The notes: generated by a model from the sequence alone, not told the origin. A stretch of DNA of 64,000 nt from Cenococcum geophilum (GCA_050273025.1 CP158635.1:5456001-5520000); one strand, 5' to 3'. Shown: positions 12,340 to 26,064, numbered from the stretch's first letter. Numbers and translations are program-made.

Positions 12340-13134
12340 ACTATATTGTGTAGTATAGTACGTAGTGGGTGGGAGGGGTCTTGTAGTGGTCCGTAAAGGC
12401 GGTTGGCGGGTCCGTAACGGTTCGTAGAAGGGTGGGAGGTCTCCGTAAGGGGTCTTGACAGGTCCGTAGTGGTTCGCAGAAGGGTAGGGGGTCTCCGTAA
12501 GGGGTCCGAAAAGAGGTTGGGGGAGGTATAGTAGGAATAGGGGTTCGAGGTTTAAGGGTAGGGGTTCTGTACAGGTCTGTATTCGCGTCTATTATACTTC
12601 CGGTAAACCGTACTAAGACTTAAATAAGTATACAGAGTTAGAGATAGTTCCGTAATCCCCGACTTCCGACCTTCCAGCAGGTCGTACTAGGAGTCTGAAC
12701 GGGTGGTCGCTGTCGTGTGTATCGCTCGGGGGAGGTGTCGAGTGATTGCTGATCTGTGCGCGCTCACTGATCAGTGTTCGTACTAACTTAATAGCACGAG
12801 TGAGTCGTATCCACGGGCACGAAATACATGTAGTATCGTATGCTTGTTTGGATGGTGACTTGTTCTTCTAATCGTACATGAAGTGGTAGAATTTAAGGGG
12901 TTTCCTGAGCTCGCTTAGCTCACGTGACTGCGACCACAAATTCCTGTTCGAACTCGTTCAGACATATACCTTAGTAAGGGCTAAGGCTAATTTACCTTTA
13001 AGATAGGAGGCCTTAAATTAAATAAGCTACTTATAATAAAGAGTTATAGGAAATACTATAGTGGACTTATTAATGGGCTAGGTATATAGTATAAAATAGT
13101 TAATAATATAAATATAACTAGTAGAGTAGGTTAC

Positions 13135-16100
13135 TGTTTATACCAACTTAATAGTATAAGTAAGTTATATCCCGGGGCACGAAATACGTATAGTATTGTA
13201 TGCTCTTTGGGATAGTGGTAACTGTCCATTCTATTAAGGTAGACTATGTGGTCTATATACTGACGCACCCCCCCCCTAATTAGTTAGCACGTAGGTGGTT
13301 AGTGCATAAATGTGTAAATACGCGTTTGTATACTAGGTGCTATAATTATATACTAGCGGTACTTAGAAAATAAAACCACTTATATACAGCCTCCGTAATT
13401 GCCTTAATAGAACTATAAAACATGTAAGGAAATATATAGGAAATCCCTCCTGAGGTGCCTTCTGGGCTGCCTCCTAAACGGTGCTTTAAGCTGGCCGTAA
13501 GTCCTGCTTACGGTCTGTAAAATAAACTATACGGCCCTTTAATGGGCCGTAAATAAACTATACGGCCTTCCGGCGGGCCGTAACTAAACCATAAATGCTC
13601 CGTTAGTCTCGCTCTACCTATTCTATAACCTTTAGGTTGAGCTTATTTATGTTAATTAGGGTTTTAAGAGCTTAGTATAGCTTTGCCTTAGTTATAGCGT
13701 CTACTAGGTTGTCTCCGCTGCTAATCTATTTAACCTCTATAATCTTACGTCGTTTATAGGCCTAATATAAGCACATTAGGTCGACTATAAGCCTCTTTTT
13801 TTGTATCGTACCTAGTTTAACTAGGTAGTTGTAGAGGGACTTTAAATCGGCGTATAAAACTAGGGGTAACTACTCTAGTTATAGAATCTTCTGGACCGTT
13901 AATTTAATTACGGCTGCTATATCAAATTTATAAGCTAGTATATATAGTTTAGAAGCTAGTACACTACGGGTTACTCGTTTATACTTAATTAAAGACTAAT
14001 ATAGTATATTTGCGTCTTAATTATGGTCCATAAGTACAATTATAAAGCCAATTTATAATAATAGGTCCCTATTATTAGTAAAGAGGTATCCGTAAATACC
14101 ATTACGCTAAGGGAATTTTGGTCTAGTAGTATAAAAGTAAGTCCTCTTATCGCGTTATTAATTTGCTATTAAATGCGCTTATTAAGCTGCTTAATATTTT
14201 CTTCTTATAGATCTACTGCCTGGGCCGCAAAGGATAAGTTGTAGGCAGATTTGGGTTAGCAGACTATAGCTATATAGGCGCCTCTTATACGCTATACAGC
14301 GTATTAGTCCTTTATATTTACGGTCTTACAGGTCTCTCTACGGGAACTAGTAAGGTCTGTAGGCTTTACTATAACGGGCTTTAGGTTTTAAGCTTGGCAT
14401 TCCTAAATTAGCTTAATTAAGTTACCCTTTTATATAATTAGGCCTCTATTAAACTTAATTAGATTCTACTTAGTTAACTACTCTTATAGCTTTACTAAGA
14501 ACTTAGCCTTTTATAGTTTAGTTTCTTTAGCGTCCGTAAAAGTCTAGTCCGCTAAAAAGAGAGTATTATTTATTTAGAGTCCGATAATACTAAGGCCGTT
14601 TAATAGGGTATATAGGAGGCAGGGGTTATAGGTCGACTGCTCTATCCTAAGTTTACGGACGTGGTGCTAGTGGTATGTTTTAAACTAATGGTTTCCAGCT
14701 TCTAGTACTCTATAAAGTGGTTTTATAACCCGTAAAATTATTCCTAGTTATAAATTAAGCTCGAGCGGTGGTCGTATAAAAATGTCCCTACTTAGGTAAG
14801 TATTAGACTGCACGTAGGCTTATAAGATATCCTGTAAGTAAAGGGCTATAGATCTAGTTTGCTGTAGTCTAGGCATAAGTGCAAGTATAATCCGTTAACT
14901 GACTCGTTAAATTATAGACGATTGCGTAAGGACTAAGCCCTTTCCCTGGTCGTTATAAGCTTGTATAATAAGCCTTAATTTCTTAAAGGCTTTATTAGTA
15001 CTAGGGTGCTTAATCTTATTAATAAAGCGTAAGTTGAATATATAGACGCCTTATAGGACGTCTTTCTCCGTTATAACCGCAAAGACCCCCTTTTTAAGTA
15101 GTCCGTTAATCTCTTTGCGTCTTAAGTCTATAAAAGGGTTTTCCTATACTAAAACTAATATATCCGTAGGCGGAGGTTGCCTTATAAATATACTTGCGGA
15201 GGTTAGGTAATTCTCCATTACGGGGTTCTTTTGGGGGCGTCCTCGACCACGCTTTATGGCAGGTTTAGTAGGTTTAGTAGGTTTCTAAGAAACTTCTATA
15301 GTAGGTAGAGGTGCTTCTAGTTCGTCTAGTTTAATAGTATAGGTATTTTCGGACTAAAAGTAGGGTTTTATAGACGTGCTTCTAAAGTTAGTTAGTCCGC
15401 TAGGAAGTTATACGCAGCATATTTTGTCTTCTATAGCCAATAAATAATAAGGTCCGGTCTAATTGCCGCTCTTACGCTATATAAGGACTTTAGAATTAAG
15501 CGGGAGGTTATATACTAAGGTTGTATTAGGTCCGTTACAGTAGTATAAAGCGTTATTAACAGTTTGTTTAGCCCGTAATTTAACTATTTCGGCTATTGCC
15601 TTCCGTATTATAGCTGCTCGTTCCGTAATAGATGGGGTAGGAGGGCCTAGATTGCTTATCTTTGGGTAGGCTCCGTAAACTAAGAGGGTAGGTACTAGTC
15701 CGTTAGGGCTAGTGGTGTTATTAACCGCTTTTATGGCCATCTGTAAAGCCAGTTCCTTTTAAATATCCTTACATTTGTTTATAATAATCTAGTAGGCTCT
15801 CTATAAAGCTAGGTAAGCTCGCTTAATAAGCCTAATAAACTAGTACGCCTTAACTAGAACGGCTTTTGTTAAAATAGCTATAGCCGTAGTATACTGTTAG
15901 AATTCCTTACTAATAAAGTTCCTACCGGCGTTGTGGGTAATATACTTAGGAGGTTTAAGGTATATGTTAATCTAATAGGTCCGTAAAATATCCTAAGTAT
16001 ATTTTATAGATATATTTTGCAACTAACGGGCGGCTTAATAGCGGGTTGCCTCGTTAATTATATATAATACTAGACTGCCGTTAATATATATAATGTCCAC

Positions 16101-19100
16101 GTATACTAGGTAGTTAAAGTTAAGGTCCTTGCGAAGGGTGAACTTAAATTGGCCTAGGGAACGTCCGTATTTCTAGCAAAAAGAGTAGTATTTAGTTAGG
16201 TGGTTGATTGCCTTCCTATTAATGTTATTATATCTAGAACGTTTAAGGACTCTATATAGCTTTTCGGCTAATAGGTAGCCAAAGCAGCGGTATAGGCGGT
16301 AGATCTTAGTACTAGTAAGGTAGTATAGGTTATAGTCAAAAGATTCCTAAATATAGGTCCGTAAAGTCTCTCCCTATATAAGGAACGGGTGTCCGAATCG
16401 TTGTATAATTAGTAGGGTAATATACTTACTTCCTAGGGCAGTTATGGAGCCAATTACGGTATCCGTAACATTGTTATAGTAGCCCTATAGCCTATCTATG
16501 TCTATAAGGTAGAGTAGAAAAGGGGTGTCCGCTTTTACTATATAGAAGTTAACTAGGCTAATTAGGGTCTTAACTGCAACTAATTTAATTAATGTGGTTA
16601 AGCTAATGCCGAATTAGACGTTTATGGCCTCAGTTTACATAGTATTAATGTCTATATTATTATTTACGGTGGTCTTATATATAAGGTATTGTCCATAACC
16701 TACAGTAGACTTCTTAGAGGCACCTATATCGATTATAACGCTATAGAATTCTTTAGGGGTATAGCGTTCCGTAGTAATATATGTAAATAGGTCTTATTCG
16801 CGGTCCGTAACATCTATAACGGGTCTAGCGGGTATATTTATGGGCTAGTTTTTAGGTGCAATTAAGTATATAAAGGAGCGGTCGGCTAATACGGTTATAG
16901 TGTTAAAGGCTTAGCTATCTATAAAAGGTCTAAAAGTGGTTAGGAACGTCTCTAAGGTCTCTTATTCCTAAGTATCCGAGTTAAAGTTAATTATAAGGGC
17001 TTCTATTAACTTATTAAGAGACTCCTCTACTTCCTCTCCTTCGTACTCTAAAATAAACTGGTTAATATAGCTATTAAGTCTCTTTCTAGACTTGTTACGT
17101 TCTTTTTGGGTATGCCTTATAGACTAATATCCTTCCTTACCGCACACGAAGCACTTCTAGCTAGTTTGTCTACGGGGGTATATTTTTGTACAGGAGTTAT
17201 TATAGGGGTTGCGGGTAGGACCTAGTCGATGCGGGTACTGCTAGCGGTAGCGGCGGTCTGTAAAGTAGGCATCTAAGTCAGTTTATGGATTTTATAGGTC
17301 CGTAATAAAGGCTTAAGTACTGCCTAGCGGGTTTAAGGCTTCGTACATTATAATAAAGGACCGTAAATCGTTAATAAGGCTAGCTATAGTGTCTGCGGGC
17401 TTATAATAGGCGTATTTATAGGGTTCTATTTCCTAGTAAGCCGTAATAAGTTTATTATATAGGAAGTCGTCCGTTTAAAGCTTAATATTAAGACCGTGCT
17501 ATAGGTAGCGGAGGTCTTTAATAAGGATTTGCAGGCACTCTATAGTCAATTTTTTAGTATTCTTGTCTATTACGGTCCGTAACTTGGTTGCATTCCATTA
17601 GGTAAGGATATCACGCTTATACTCCGGTCCTTTAAAGTAGTTATATATAGCTTTGTATAGTTTATTAAAGGGAATACTAAGGGGGTTGCTTTTAAGGTTA
17701 GTGTAGTAGTAATTAAGTGCTAGGCCGCGTAGTATAGTAGAGTAGGCTTGACTAAACTCCTATTTAGGAATGTTAGCCTTCTAACAGAGGTCTATAAAGA
17801 TGGTCAGTTTAAAGTTAAAGTTATCGTTTTCACCGCTATACTTAAATTCGTTGGTATAGAGCTTAGCTAAATTAGCTAGCTCCTTGCCGTAGGTCTTTAC
17901 TTAGGTAGTTTGCGGATCTATAACTTAAATAATAGAAGGGGTTTAGTCCGTAATTTAATTTGCGGGGGTATTATAGTCCGTAATTTGGGTTATGGGGGTA
18001 TTACGGTCCGTAACTTCAGTACTAGGTATACTTTAGTCCGTAAGATTAATTCTAAAATCGCTTAGGTTTATAGGACGAATTTAGTTAAGTAGGTTAGGTA
18101 TAAGGCTAGCAATGCTATTAAGTTTGGGAGAAGTAAAGAGTTTATTAGTGGCTTTAACCTAGTCTAGGATTTCCTCTTTAGTCTATTCTATTTGGTCCTC
18201 CTTCTGTATTGTATTGTATAAGGACTATATAATAGTAACTTATTTATCCTTTTTAACCCATATACCTTGGTGACGTAAAAGGGTTCGTAGGTTATGGATA
18301 GTAGTAGGGTTATAAGCCTTAAGAATAGCTTCCGTAAAGTCCGCAAAGTCTTCCTTATATTGCTCCTATAGGTTATTATTTAGAAGCTTATAGTATTTGT
18401 ATTTAAGGATTTTAAAATTAATATAGTCGTTAACGCCGTCCGTAGACGTAAGGTCGACTCCCTAATTCCACTTCTTTTGACCTTCACTAATTTGCTTAGT
18501 TATATCTGCCATATTATATAGCGTAGTATGTCTATATAAGCTGTAGCGGGTAGTAGTAGCTTATAGCGGGTGGAGGAGGTCTTATAACAGTCCGTAAAAT
18601 TAATTAGCGGGTCCATAACAGTTTAAGAGGTCTTATAGTAGTCCGTAAAGGCGATTAATGGGTCTATAATAGTTTATAGAAGGGTAAGGGGTTTCCGTAA
18701 GGTCCGAAAAGTTTTAAGGTTTAAGGGGGTTAAAAATAGGGGGTTTCGTAAAGGTCTGTATTCGCGTTTATAAACTTCTAGTAAACTATACTAAGACTTA
18801 AATAAGTATATAGAGTTAGTAATAGGTCCGTAATCCCCGACTTCTAACCTTCTAGTAGGTCGTACTAGGAGTCTAAACGGGTGGTCGCTGTCGTATATCG
18901 CTTGGTAGGAGGTATTAAGTAATTACTAATCTATGCGCGCTTACTAATCAGTGTTTATACTAACTTAATAGTATAAGTAAGTTATATCCCGGGGCACGAA
19001 ATACGTATAGTATCGTATGCTCTTTAGGATAGTGGTGACTGTCTATTCTATTAAGGTAGACTACGTAGTCTATATACTGACGCGCCTCCCCCCTAATTAG

Positions 19101-19169
19101 TTAGCACGTAGGTGGTTAGTGCATAAACGCGTAAATACGCGTTCGTATACTAGGTGCTGTAATTATACA
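13135..19169 (-). mobile_element. Full-length GalEa-type Copia retrotransposon #1 (RIP-inactivated)
   Basis: 218-bp LTRs (13135-13352, 18952-19169) and TSD GTTAC. Gag-pol runs about 18512 to 13603 with a CCHC knuckle, IDTGAS, MAVKAVNDTAGPDGLVPTLLVYGAYP, KPLYGVPEAGNHW and GLQTDDTL. A CACTGATCAGTG-like hairpin replaces the PBS. Confidence 0.92.
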
Positions 19170-19511
19170 GTTACCTAATAAATTAACACTAATTATATTT
19201 TAAGATTTACTATTAAAAAGAGAACTATCTAAGTAGAGATTAAGGTTCTTTAAATATATAATACTATACCTATAAAATATACTAAGTACATTAGTATATT
19301 AGTATATTAGTACGTTAATATATTCTATATTCCTATATTTATATATATTTTTATTTTAAACTTATAACGTAACTAGCTATATAACTTAGCTACCTTTTAT
19401 ACTATTTTAACTAACCTATTTATATATCTTTTAGTAGTTATACTACTGCTAATATAAGGTCTATAATACTACCCCCCTTCTCTTTATCTTTAAGTTATTT
19501 ATTAGAGGTAT

Positions 19512-22500
19512 TATTACGAACAGTGACGATCTAGTAATAATTGGAGCAGAGAAGGACTTACCGCCTTATACGGAGCCTAAGTGGACCTAAGTCAGAATAA
19601 CAAGGTATATCTGGTCCAAGCTATAAATAGAATTGGACCGATTAGAGGCTTTGCCTTAATCTAGTAAAGTCCTAACTAGACGGCGCTAGATAAAACCACG
19701 AGCAGCTGCTCTAGTAGGGAGATAGCTGTTTATAATGTGTTAAATACAGACAGTATCCTCTATTAATATATCGGTCTGTACCCTTATTGATTATAGAGCG
19801 GAAGCCAATATTATTACCCCGTCCTTACTAGCACGTAGCGGACTAAATTATAACAGGTAGAGGCTAGGAGGGTATAAGACCCCTAACTACTAACCTCTAG
19901 CTATATACGGAACGGCTAGTATACTATATAAGGTCACTAACTCGTTTAGATTAAAGCAAGGCGGAGTAGACTCCTTTCTTATAGGAGAGGTAGCCGGATT
20001 TAATATAGTCCTAGGTATGCCTTAGTTGTCTAAATATGACCCAATTTTAAGCTTTATATAGAAGACTCTACGGCTTTAAAGGGCCAAAGGGAATAAGAAA
20101 TACTAAAAGGTTATAATAGAAGGACTAAGATTCTTTACAGCAAGTCTATAATACGCGGACTTAGATCTTTTTATTATATATATAACCATTACGGCGCTTA
20201 AAGGGCCGGTAGATACTCTGCCGGAAGCCTATAAGGACTATATAAATATATTTAATAAGAAAGAAGCTAGGTTATTACCAGACCACGGTCTATATAAGCT
20301 AGTAATTAAATTAATAAAAGGTAAACAACCCCTATTTAATCCACTATATAACCTTTTAAAAGCTAAACTAAAGGTTTTAAGGGAGTATCTAGACAAGAGT
20401 CTATAACGCGGGTAGATCCGCAAGTTATAATCTCCCGCTAGTACTCTAATCCTCTTTATTAAAAAGAAGAATAGAGGCTTACGTCTTTATATAAACTATA
20501 AAGGGTTAAACACAATTACCGAAAAAAATTAGTACCTACTCCCCCTAATTTAGGAATCCTTAGACCAGTTATATAGGGCATCCTACTACACTAAATTAGA
20601 TCTAAGAGATGCGTATTATTACATTAGGATTAAAGAGGGCGATAAGTAAAAAATAGCGTTTAGGACCAGATACGGGCCTTTTAAATATACTATAGTCCTA
20701 TTTAGACTAAGTAATACCCCTAGCACCTTTTAAGGGTATATTAATAGCGCCCTATTAGACCTATTAGATATAACCTATATTATATACCTTAATAACATCC
20801 TAATCTTCTCTAAGAGGGTAGAAAATTATAAGGCCTATATAAAGGAGGTCTTAGAGAGACTCTAAGCACATAAATTATATACTAAACTATCTAAATATAA
20901 CTTCCATAAGAATAATATAAACTTTTTAGGGGTTATAGTAACCTAAAATAGCGTAATAAGAGAGCCTAAATGGGTCTAAATTATTAAGGAATGGCCCATG
21001 CCTAAGAGTATATAAGAAGTAAGAATCTTTATTAAATTCGCCAATTATTACCGCCGTTTTATTAAGGGCTTCTCCTATATTACAGCACCCTTAAATAAAG
21101 TAACTAAATATAGTCGTGGCGCGGCTAAAGGAGGCTAGAGACAGAGATAAGAAGAATTAAAGGAACTTAAACTAGACCTAAAAGCGTTAAAGGCCTTTAA
21201 ACTATTAAAGAAGCAGTTTAAATTAACCCCCCTATTGATCTATTTTAGGCTAGGGATACCTATAAGAATTAAAACGGACGCTTTTAGATTTATAATCTTA
21301 GGTATATTAAGCCAGCAAGCTCTAGGGCCTAATAGGAAGCTATAATAGCACCCAGTAGCATTCTTTTTAAGAAAGCTAATTGCGGCAGAATATAACTACA
21401 ATATGTATAATACAGAGTTGCTAGTAATAGTAGCCAGTTTTAAGCACTAGAGACACTATTTAGAAGGGGCGCAATATTAGGTCGAATTGATAACCAATTA
21501 CGCTAATTTACGGCCTTTTATAATAATAAAAGAGCTATTACAGAGACAGATAAGATAGGCTAAATGGCTAGCTATCTTCAATTTCCGTATTATGCACTAA
21601 AAAGGCGCAAGTAACCCAGTAGACGCCCTATTATAGTAACCAAATTATAAGGAGATAGACTAAACTATCCCCCTTACTAATAGAGAACCAAATACGATTT
21701 TTTAAAGTCTTTAATTATAGCTTAATATGAGCTAATCTAATAAAATAGGCGGCTAGCTATTAATAGGAGCAATTATAGGCCGATTGGGCCGTACTAGTGT
21801 AGGTAGTGCGTAATACTAAGCGCTATAGACTAAACTGGCTAGGATAGTAGCAGAAGAGTCCGAAACGGTATATACCCTAAAAGACTTACTTTTAAAAGAG
21901 GCAAAGAAAGCCTTATCCACCAATTTAATAGCCTAAAAGATTTAGGCATAATTAGATAAAGTAAAGGAGAAAAAGCGCTAATAGGGCAGCTAGAGTTAGA
22001 GTAATTACACTATCCTAATCTGGCTAAAAGATTGGAAGGATAATAACGGTATGCTCCGCCACTAAGGAAGGCTATATATCCTAAGTAAAAGACTACAGCT
22101 TAAGGTAATATAGCGTTACTATAATGGCAAGCTAGTAGGACATTTTAGCATAATAAAAACGTTAGAACTGGTTTGATGTTAGTACTACTAGCTGGAAGTA
22201 AGATAATACGTTAAAGATTAGATCTAAGGCTGCTATACCTATAGCTAGATTAAGCCGTTAAGACACCAACTATATAGGGTATTATACCCCCTACTAGTCC
22301 TAAAAAGCCCCTAAGAAAATATTACACTTAATTTTATTACGGAACTACCTCTAAGCGAGTATATAGGTATTTAGTATAATATAGTTCTAGTAATAGTAGA
22401 CCAATTTATAAAAATGGCCCACTATATTTCTATAAGAGGGGACTTAAAGGCTTAAGGTCTAGCGAACCTACTTATAAGAGAGGTAATTAGACTATATAAA

Positions 22501-25500
22501 GTTCTACGGTTTATTATATTAGACTAAGGACTAATTCTAACCTTTAAATTCTAGTTTTTACTATACTTCTATTTAGGAATTAAGCAAAACTTATCTATTA
22601 TATTTTACCCTTAAATAGATAAGCAGATAAAAAGGTAAAATTAAACTATAGAGCAGTACCTTAGGACATTTTATAACTTTAAACAGACAAACTAGGCCAG
22701 TCTCCTTACTATAGCGGAGTTTACTTATAACAACTTAATCCACGCCTTTATAGGAATAACCCCATTTTAGGTAAATAAGGCTAAAACGCTATTTAAAGGC
22801 AAGAGTCTAAAAGAAGCTTATAGAGGTAGTATATTAAAGTACGCTAAAGAATTTGCCAATAAATTAAAGACAATTTATAACAATTTAAGGCAATCTTTAG
22901 TTAAGGCTTAAGACTTTTAAGCAAAATACTATAATATAGGTTATAAACCTATAGAATTTAAGGAAGGAGACTATATATAGCTAGTGGGTAAGTATATATG
23001 GACAAGTAGACCCAAAAAAAGCTAAATTATAAAAACTTTAGACCCTTTAAGGTCACAAGGGTAATTAATACGCAGGCGTATTAGCTTAAATTGCCAAAAA
23101 ATTAGAATATCTATAATATATTCTACGTGTCCCTTTTAGAAAAATATATACCAAATATAGTTAGCGGGAGACAATAACCTATACTTTATTTTGTAGATAT
23201 ACCTAAATGAAAATAATAGTATATTAAGGCCATTCTAGGCTAGATAGAAGACAAAAATAGAATTATAAAGTACTAAATATATTAAAAAGGATATAGTCTA
23301 GAAGATAATATATAGGAACTAGCCGAAAACCTATTAAAAACTATAATAAGAGCTTATAGGCGCACTTTAGAATAAAATAGGCTATAGACTACCTTATAAC
23401 TTAGACCTTAAAAGCAAGAACTATAATAGACTAAAACGGCCCCTAAAAAAGAGGAAGGGCGCTAAATAGTAACTCTTTCTTAATTTCCCCCCAAATAGGG
23501 TTTTATAGGTTTTAGTAAGACTATAAAAGGACTTAGTTAGTCTAACTGGAATAATAAGGCAATTAGGAATAAATTAAAACTAATATAGTAGAATTTAGTT
23601 TAGGGAGCACTAATAGTGCTATATAGCTAAAAGAGCCAGTTTATACCTACCTAGGTAAGAAGTATAAAAGAAAAGGGCTAACTTATTACTATTTTTCGCC
23701 AACTAACCTAAATATAATAAAAGAAACTAAATTAAAGAAGGCCGCCGCTTAAAGGGACCTATAAGATATTAACCTAGCTAAAAAGGGTCAAGAAAGGACC
23801 ACTTACTAAGCGCTAGTACTAAATCCCGCCAAACTAAAGCTATTCGCTAAATCGTCCTTAACTAAAGAAAAATAAGCCATATTGGCACTAGAATTACGCT
23901 TAGGATTCCCTAAAGTATTAGGAGAAGTTATATCGCCACTAATTGGCTTAGGATAGTTAAGGGGATTAGCTTAAAGTATAGAAGGGGCTATAAGGGTTAG
24001 AGTGCTGCTAATAAGCTCCGTATTATTAAAACGGTCGGTAATACGGTATAAAGTAGTGTTAATGCTAGTTATACTCCCTTTAAGAAAATTAAGCCGGGCC
24101 CCTAGGTCCTTAATATTATAAAAAAGGCTCTAAAGGAGGTTAGTATAACCATTAAGCTCTATAATAACCTTAGTAGGAGCAGCTAGAGTATATTATACCT
24201 AAAATAGACTAATTAGTATTAAGAATAGCTAAAAGGATACTAATAAGACCTATAGTGGTAAGAGCTTCCTAGAGACGTTCCGAGTTCTATTTTAGTAAAT
24301 TTAATACACCGTTTAACTAAATAGATAAGACCCTATTAAAAGAAGTTAGAGCTAATTCTTATAGAAAGGACAAGATAAGAGCTAAAATGTCCCTTTATAG
24401 AGTAAAAGTCAACTTACTAGGCTTAGTAAGAGTAATAGGGTTAAATAAGATAGTATAAGACTTTTTAGTAGTAGTAGAGCTAAATCCGGCCGAAAAGCTA
24501 AAATAGATCCTAGCAGTGCTAAAATGGGGCACCTTAGTTATAATCACCTTGTTAACTCCAGAAAGGTCCTTTTTAGAAAAATTAAGGTTAATTTTAACCC
24601 GCTTATATTTAGGTATAGCCTTATAGCGCCGTTTACTACTAAATAAGGGTAGATAGGGTATAAAAGTAGTAAATAAGGTACCAAAGGTAATAGAGCTAAA
24701 AGACGCCTTAGTAACGCCGTGTTTAGCTAAAGCGGCCCTAACAAAGTAATTATAACGCGGAAGTTTCTTATTAGACCTATTAAAGTAATAAGTGCCTATA
24801 TAGGCCGTAAGATTATTATTTTTAAGAATATAGTAGCTATTAGGGTTAATAGGAAACTAAAAGGACTAGAAAAAATTACTTACGTATAAAGCGCCTTTAT
24901 TAAAACTATATAAGCACTATTTATATTGCCTTAAAGAGTCTTAATCTAGTCCGCATCTCTTTAGTTAATAGCTAAAATTAGGTCCTAAGCAAGCTTCTAA
25001 AATTTAACAGATTAGTTAAATAAGTATTTAGGGATCTATAGGACTAGTTAGTCTAATAAGCGCAACACTTAACTAAAAAGGTATAATTTAGATTTAATAG
25101 GAACTAACCTAGCCGTAATAAAGCAAACTGTCTCTAAAGTACCTATAATAGCAAAAACCGGAAACAAACTGGGCCGTATTAAGACCGGCCGCAGTAAAGA
25201 TAGAACAGACTATATTAAACTATTAAACCTCCTTATTCTAGAACCATTTAAGCCACTTTAAGAACTTTAAGAAATAATTATAGCAACCGTTAATCGTTGG
25301 GGTCTATTTTAACTTATTATTATAGATTTGGGCATAACTTTCTTCTATTACTACTATATTAGGCTAAAGGATAATAGACTTAGGCAAGTAGGTCCTAGAC
25401 AAAAAAGAGAAAAAAAAACTAAAAAGAAGCAAACCATCGCCAATTAAAGTTAGTTAGAATATTTGGGACTATAAGGGTTAGAAGTATTAGTAGAATTATT

Positions 25501-26064
25501 AGTAAGGGCTAAAAGAGCTTATAAAGAGCTAGAGAGAAGTAAATTAGACTAAAGGTAGGATAAAATCTAAGAATAAGTCACTAAGATTAATAAAAGAATA
25601 ACTAAAAAGCTTAAAGATTTAAATTCTAGAACTATCTTATAAGATAGTGCTAAGCCACTAGTCCCTAGCCTCTTAGCTAAGAAAGCTTAATTTTTAAAGA
25701 GCTATATTAAGGATTTCGGGGTCGCAATCCGTAAGGAGGGGGGCTTTATTATAAACAGTAACGATCTAGTAATAATTAGAGCAGAGGAGGACTTACCGCC
25801 TTATATAGAGCCTAAGTAGACCTAAGTTAAAATAACAAGGTATATCTAGTCTAAGCTATAAATAGAATTGGATTAATTAGAGGCTTTATCCTAATCTAGT
25901 AAAGTCCTAACTAGATAGCGCTAGATAAAACTATAAGTAGCTGCTCTAGTAAGGAGATAGCTGTTTATAATATGTTAAATACAGATAGTATCCTCTATTG
26001 ACTAATCGTACCGAGTTAAGCCTTTTTTTACTATATTAACCTTAGGAACTCCTAGTTCCTTATA
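19512..26064 (+). mobile_element. Gypsy/chromovirus with gag deleted and a long 3' region
   Basis: TSD GGTAT (19507-19511, 26065-26069), and a 3' LTR at 25747-26064 after the PPT GGAGGGGGG. The 5' LTR matches only to about 19768 and then joins the protease (LIDCGAEANII). RT (KLDLRDAY, AFRTRYG, YLDDILIFS), RNase H, integrase and chromodomain (about 23210-23340) follow. Confidence 0.92.

Larger units (their letters stand above)
10239..12964 (-). mobile_element. Non-autonomous GalEa-Copia derivative with non-identical termini
   Basis: TG...CA ends with TSD TATAC (10234-10238, 12965-12969). The empty site is visible in the sister Gypsy copy at about 32490-32560 (minus). The gag N-terminus, leader and 3' UTR are homologous to the element at 13135-19169. 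Confidence 0.85.
5345..13031 (+). mobile_element. Gypsy/chromovirus copy A (RT, RNase H, integrase, chromodomain, part of 3' UTR), 5'-truncated, with nested insertions
   Basis: De-RIP motifs PKKNGKLRLCID.RQLN, YLDD region, DASDF.LGA, YDIHDKELL, ADALSRK, GQTERLNQ and a chromodomain at about 9800-9920. Interrupted at 6455-8305, 8721-8822 and 10239-12964. Confidence 0.9.
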
